DNA of 63,863 nucleotides, the filler included. It is 6 parts of 6 records of this genome, joined end to end, with 100 filler letters (N's around TTAATTAATTAA, not from the genome) between each part and the next. Parts side by side here need not be neighbours in the genome. Positions count along the whole stretch, not along the records: positions 58,862 to 63,863 come from DRR378314_1715; 5 more parts are not named here. The stretch is one strand, 5' to 3'. Both the position numbers and the translations under genes were made by a program. The first letter of the stretch is position 1. Each line of letters begins with the position of its first letter. The notes below the pieces were generated by a model. The model did no database searches. It was not told where the DNA came from and was given only the letters and a program-made list of their open reading frames with translations. Positions 58,902-63,863 of this stretch are shown in pieces.

Positions 58902-61793
58902 TTACGCGCCGAGCTTCTCCGCTGCGAAAGCAGCGGCAGTAGCGCGTGCCTCGTCAACCTTGCTCGCGTCGGGGCCCTGGCCCTGCGCGCTCGCGGGCTT
59001 TCCGCCGCCCTTGCCTCCGACGACGGCAAGGGCAACGCGAAGCCATTCGGATGCCGTCAGACCCGCGTCAATATGTGCCTGGACACTCGAGGCGTAAGCG
59101 AACGCCTTGCTACCGGCCTTGTCGGTGGCAAGAAGCAGCGCGCTGACGGACGGCACCTTTTTCGAAGCAGCGGTGACAGCGCTCTTGAGGACTTTGATGT
59201 CCCAGCCGGCCTGCACAACTTCGACGAGCGTCTTTGCGCCGCGTTCTTCGGCTGCTTGGAACATCTGCAAGATATGCGCCTCTGCCTCCTTCTTGACGAG
59301 CGCCTCTGCATCTTTCTTCAACTTGAGCGCCTTCTCCTTGAGCTCGTCGATCTGCTTGCGAATGCGCTGCCTGTGAGAGGCGGGCATCACGATTCCTTCA
59401 AGCTCGTTCCGGAAATCCGTCACAGCAGCCTCGATGACTTCATGATCGCTGGAAGTGCATCCACGCACGCGCGCCTCGAACACCGTCGCGTTTTCAATGG
59501 CCTGCAGCGCAGGATCTCCCGTCACACACACGACGCGGCGCACTCCCTTGGCGATGCCTTCTTCCGACACAATCGCAAACGCCTTGGCACTCCGCGTGTT
59601 GCTGATGTGAGTGCCTCCGCAGAGCTCCACAGAAACCTCGTGCCACTTCTCATTCGCGGGATCGGCGAGAATATCCGATACGCGGGCGCCAATGCAAACT
59701 ACACGCACGGGATCGGGATACACTTCTCCGAAAACGGCGCGCAACGACGAAATCTGCTTGGCGTCCGCAAGCGGAACAACTGCACTGTCGATACCGAGCT
59801 CACGCTCGATATCGCCCTGCACAATCTCCTCGGCCTGGGCGAGCTGCTCGCCCGTCATCGGCTTGTTATGGTTGAAATCAAAGCGGAACCGATCTTCCTG
59901 CACATGCGAACCCTTTTGATCTTCCTGAGGACCGAGAACTTTGCGAAGGGCAAAGTTCAGCGAATGCGTCATCGTGTGATTCGGAGCCACGAGCTCGCGC
60001 CGGCGATAGTCCACATCTGCTGTCACAGACGACCCTCTTGCGAGCGAGCCGCTGTCGAGTGTGCCGATGTGGCACACATATCCAGCGTACACCTGCGTAT
60101 CTGACACGGTGAACGCGACCGCACCGTCTTCAGCAGTGAGACGGCCCGAGTCGCCCACTTGGCCACCTTGCTCGGCATAGAAGGGTGTCTTGTCCAACAC
60201 AATCGACACCATGTCCTCGCCCGCAGGCAGCTTGTCGACAAACCCATTCTCCGTGTAGATCGCGCAGATCTTCGCATCGACGCTCTGATACCACGTGAAC
60301 TTCGGCTCGTCGTCGGTGGGCGCCAGCGCGAGAGTCTCGCGCAGGTGAACAGTCTGCTCCGCTTCCATGACCAGCCCCTTGGAGTGGGCTTTGGACGCGG
60401 CTGCACGCGAGCGCTCCTTTGACGCCTCCATCTCCTTGTAGTATCCGACGGAATCAACGGACATGCCGCTTTCCTCCGCCATGATTTCCGTGAGGTCAAC
60501 AGGGAAGCCAAACGTGTCGTACAAGCGGAAAGCATCTTTCCCCGTCACAACCGTTTCCCCAGCGGCAGTTGCGGCGGCGGCGATCTTGCGGAACTCCGCC
60601 AAGCCCTTGTCAAGCGTGCGCGCAAACGACTCTTCTTCGTCGAGCAGGACAGCGTGGACGTGGTTGCGTTTCGTGCGGATTTCGGGGAACGCGTCGCCCA
60701 ACGTCGTGCACACGACATCCACCAGCTTTGCGAAGAATCCCAGCTCCGCGTTGAGGAACTGGCGCCCGTAGCGAACAGCGCGGCGGAGAATACGGCGCAA
60801 AACATAGCCGCGGCCTTCGCTGCTCGGCACAAGACCGTCGGCGATGGCAACGCTCAAGTTGCGGATATGGTCGGCAATGACGCGGTACGCCATGTCCACG
60901 CCATCTGCGTCGTCCGCGCCCACTTTTCCCGTATACGCACGCGCGCCCGTAACGCGCTGGATTTCGGCAAAGATGGGCGTGAAAATATCCGTGTCGTAAT
61001 TACTGCGCTTGTCCTGCAGAATCGACGTAATGCGCTCGAATCCCATGCCGGTATCAATGTTCTTGGCCGGCAGCGGCCGAAGCGAGCGATCCGGCTCGCG
61101 ACTCATTTGCATGAACACCAGGTTCCAGATTTCGAGCACGTCCGGGTCGTCCATATTTACCAGGCTCGCTGCATTCCGCCCGCCAATGCGATCATAGTGG
61201 ATCTCAGAGCACGGCCCGCACGGCCCTACCTCGCCCATCTCCCAGAAGTTGTCCTTCGCGCTGCCGGGGAGAATGTGGTCGTCCGGCAGGTACTTCTGCC
61301 AGAGCGCCTTGGCCTCCAAATCCGGCTCCAGGCCTTGCTGCTCGTCGCCGCCAAAGTACGTCGCGTAGAGACGGTCCTTCTCGATTCCGTACACTTCCGT
61401 CAGAAGTTCCCATGCCCACGAAATTGCCTCCTGCTTGAAGTAGTCGCCAAACGACCAGTTGCCAAGCATCTCGAAGAACGTGTGGTGGTACACGTCCTTG
61501 CCAACATCGTCAAGGTCGTTGTGCTTTCCACCTGCGCGGATGCACTTCTGGCTGTTCGCCGCACGCTTCAGACGACCAAACTCGCTATTCGGATCGACTT
61601 GGCCAAGGAAGATCGGCTTGAACTGGCACATGCCGGAATTGATGAACAACAGTGTTGGATCCTCATAGGGCACAACTTTGCTCGACGGCACCGCCGTGTG
61701 GCCACGCGCGGTAAAGAAGTCGACAAAAGCCTGCCGCACACGTGCGCCCGACCACGCAAGCTGCGCGCCCTGCTCCTGCTGTTCGTCGCTCAT
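58902..61793 (-). CDS. AARS: Alanyl-tRNA synthetase, eukaryotic cytosolic type
   Basis: DPTLLFINSGM, NSQKCIRAGGKHNDLDDVGKDVYHHTFFEMLGNWSFGDYFK, editing motifs NHTMTH and ELCGGTH, and C-terminal GGKGGG. ATG 61793 (MSDEQQ). Confidence 0.97.
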   Translation of the reverse strand: MSDEQQEQGAQLAWSGARVRQAFVDFFTARGHTAVPSSKVVPYEDPTLLFINSGMCQFKPIFLGQVDPNSEFGRLKRAANSQKCIRAGGKHNDLDDVGKDVYHHTFFEMLGNWSFGDYFKQEAISWAWELLTEVYGIEKDRLYATYFGGDEQQGLEPDLEAKALWQKYLPDDHILPGSAKDNFWEMGEVGPCGPCSEIHYDRIGGRNAASLVNMDDPDVLEIWNLVFMQMSREPDRSLRPLPAKNIDTGMGFERITSILQDKRSNYDTDIFTPIFAEIQRVTGARAYTGKVGADDADGVDMAYRVIADHIRNLSVAIADGLVPSSEGRGYVLRRILRRAVRYGRQFLNAELGFFAKLVDVVCTTLGDAFPEIRTKRNHVHAVLLDEEESFARTLDKGLAEFRKIAAAATAAGETVVTGKDAFRLYDTFGFPVDLTEIMAEESGMSVDSVGYYKEMEASKERSRAAASKAHSKGLVMEAEQTVHLRETLALAPTDDEPKFTWYQSVDAKICAIYTENGFVDKLPAGEDMVSIVLDKTPFYAEQGGQVGDSGRLTAEDGAVAFTVSDTQVYAGYVCHIGTLDSGSLARGSSVTADVDYRRRELVAPNHTMTHSLNFALRKVLGPQEDQKGSHVQEDRFRFDFNHNKPMTGEQLAQAEEIVQGDIERELGIDSAVVPLADAKQISSLRAVFGEVYPDPVRVVCIGARVSDILADPANEKWHEVSVELCGGTHISNTRSAKAFAIVSEEGIAKGVRRVVCVTGDPALQAIENATVFEARVRGCTSSDHEVIEAAVTDFRNELEGIVMPASHRQRIRKQIDELKEKALKLKKDAEALVKKEAEAHILQMFQAAEERGAKTLVEVVQAGWDIKVLKSAVTAASKKVPSVSALLLATDKAGSKAFAYASSVQAHIDAGLTASEWLRVALAVVGGKGGGKPASAQGQGPDASKVDEARATAAAFAAEKLGA

Positions 61794-63863
61794 GTCGCGG
61801 ATACTCTCAACTTCGCTTGCTTCGACCACAAGATGGTGAAAGCAGACAACCAAAAGAAAGTCTACAAAAAAAACGAAATTTACAATGCAAATCATACGTA
61901 ATTTCCATACAGGACCATCGCGTCAGGCGCGCGGTATAAGCGACTGAAAGCAGCCCGTTTGCCACCGAGCTCGCTCTCTGCCGCACCGCAAGGTCCGACA
62001 CACTCACGCACGTGTGCGGGCAAGAGGCGACGGGAAGTAGAGCAGAACAAAAGAAACCAGGAAAAACACGGGGACCGGCCTGCGGGCACCACCAGGCGCC
62101 GAAGTCGGCTCGCGTCGTGGCAAAAGCTGTGCGCGCCCGCCCTGCCGCGATACCACGAAAAGTACTTCTCCCGTTGACAAGAAACCACATTATTCACATC
62201 TGCTTCTATGTGCGTGACGAAGGAAGCAGGGGCCAAGGGGTCGCTTCCGCTTTCGTACCTGGCGAGGCTTTCCTGCGCAGTGGAGACGAGTCGCAAATGA
62301 ATCGCGCGTACGCCGCACGGTTTTCACTCTGTGCGGCTCGGCGTGCAGCCGGCGCCCGCGATGCCAGACGCTGGCAGCAGGCGGACTGCGAGAATGCGGC
62401 TTCGCTAGGGCTTAGGGCATGTGAACCTTCCAACCGTCCTTGCGTGACATCGGCTTACAGTGGCGAGCGGGCGAGGAAAAGCCGTTCCGTGGCCCTACGC
62501 GCAACCATTGGTGATGACCAGTTCCCAGCGGACGCATTCCGTTCGCCAAAGCACGTATTGAACCACTGCTGGATCGAGCTCTTATATTGGATAGTACATC
62601 GAATACAAATCCCCGCCTGGATGCCCTTCCTATTCGCACAAGTCAACTGTGCAGCGCTGTCCTCGTACTGCTGCCGCCTTTCCAGTATCCGTGCACACTG
62701 CGCTGCGCCCGGTGTTCGGCCCGCGGAGCCAAGCGCTGCGCGGCTCTGCGCCCGACTCTCTCCGCCCGCGTCTCGCAGTGCCGCTAGACGCGCTGGGTTC
62801 TGCCTCCACCAAGGTACGCGCAGTTTCACGTTTTTTTTCCCAATCCCGCTGACCGCTTCGCTGCGCGATAAGCCGCTAGCCATGATGACCGCATTCGATA
62901 GAGTGTTGTGAATTCATCTGGGGGGCTGCGGATCCGTGTGTATCGCAGGCGTGAGCAACAGGAGGGAAAGTGTGCGTTTCTGCGAGCGCACTGCGAGTGC
63001 TTTAGTTCTGGCCGCGTGCTGCATTCCACAGCGCAGTCGCAGCGCCGGTAAACGTGCAGGATGCACAGATGTCCTCGCGTTTGATTTCCTCTACTGCACA
63101 TAGTGGTGACAAAGGTAGAAAAGGAGTGCGATGGATCTCTGGAGGAAAGAATGTGCTTGCGATTTCGGTGCGTAGGAATGCGCGCTGTTGTAACCGCCTG
63201 CTTGGCGCCCAGGCGGTGTTTTGCATGCTGCCAGCAGGCGCAGCATAGGACAGTCACCAGGAGCGACGCGGGCGCGCCCGAAGACAACAAGAGCATTATC
63301 GTCGCACTTAAATACGACATCTTTGCCCCGATACTTTGGGGAATGAGATGTTCATGAAATGTAGAACAGTGGTTTTTTTTCCTTGTACGGTCTTTGTATT
63401 GAAACAAGACGGGAAGATGGGGTCGATTCGTTTCGTGTGCCCTTGCAAGGACGACGCGCCTGAGCCGCAACTGTGCGAACGCGGCGCTCGCGCCTTTGCG
63501 TCGGGACCACCTGTTCTGCTTGTGCGAAAGGGTGGTGCTTGCGGGCGCCGCAGGATTGCACCTGTAACCTTATCCAAAGGCTACATGGCACCCAAGACAT
63601 GCATACTACAGATGTGGTATTCTACAAGGGGCATTGTCAACTTGCGATTCGTTTACTACGTTGTTAATTTGCGGGAGTGTATGAGCGTCAGCCGAATGGC
63701 CGGCGCCGCGCCACGTCCATGGGACGTGCAGTCGTGGCAGCCGGCGCCCAGGCTCTCTGGCGGTAGCTCGGGCCTGCGTACGAATGAACAGCAGACGTCT
63801 GCGCCATGGCAGAAGCGCGGAAAAGCTCTCGAATGATTCATCATCATGCAAGAAATCGCCTAA

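Noticed and set aside
62200-63863. ORFs upstream of AlaRS (and at 52164-53267)
   Set aside because: No recognisable motifs or consistent exon chain, so they are not called.

Overview
The window is six unrelated contigs joined by five artificial 100-nt N/TTAATTAATTAA/N spacers. Contig 1 (1-24080) is a gene-dense gammaproteobacterial segment, probably Marinobacter-like (inferred). It carries dnaE (partial), tlpA/arsC/wrbA, an orphan GspE/PulE ATPase, the mtnBDC methionine-salvage operon, an IorAB-type molybdoenzyme and smrA. It also holds an acetate-type cluster: a cNMP-CBS-DUF294 nucleotidyltransferase, a DEDDh exonuclease, DUF4212 plus an ActP-like symporter, and a CrbS/MxtR-like hybrid kinase followed by REC-TPR, soluble kinase and REC-TM genes. 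Contigs 2-6 (24181-63863) come from a GC-rich eukaryote with many GT-AG introns (a protist; lineage not assignable here). They encode TruB-family pseudouridine synthase, SmD3, ERp38-type PDI, tyrosine aminotransferase, FTHFS and AlaRS. The most interesting items are (i) tandem paralogs of an unannotated two-TM protein with an ENaC/ASIC/PAC-like layout, (ii) an in-exon fusion of a DUF829/TMEM53 hydrolase to HemW/RSAD1, (iii) a selenocysteine thioredoxin reductase (GC-UGA-G) with a form-2 SECIS candidate, (iv) an intronless myristoylated PH-like protein of prokaryotic appearance, and (v) the bacterial NTase/exonuclease pair embedded in the transporter/sensor cluster. Exon boundaries were read by hand and may be off by a few bases.
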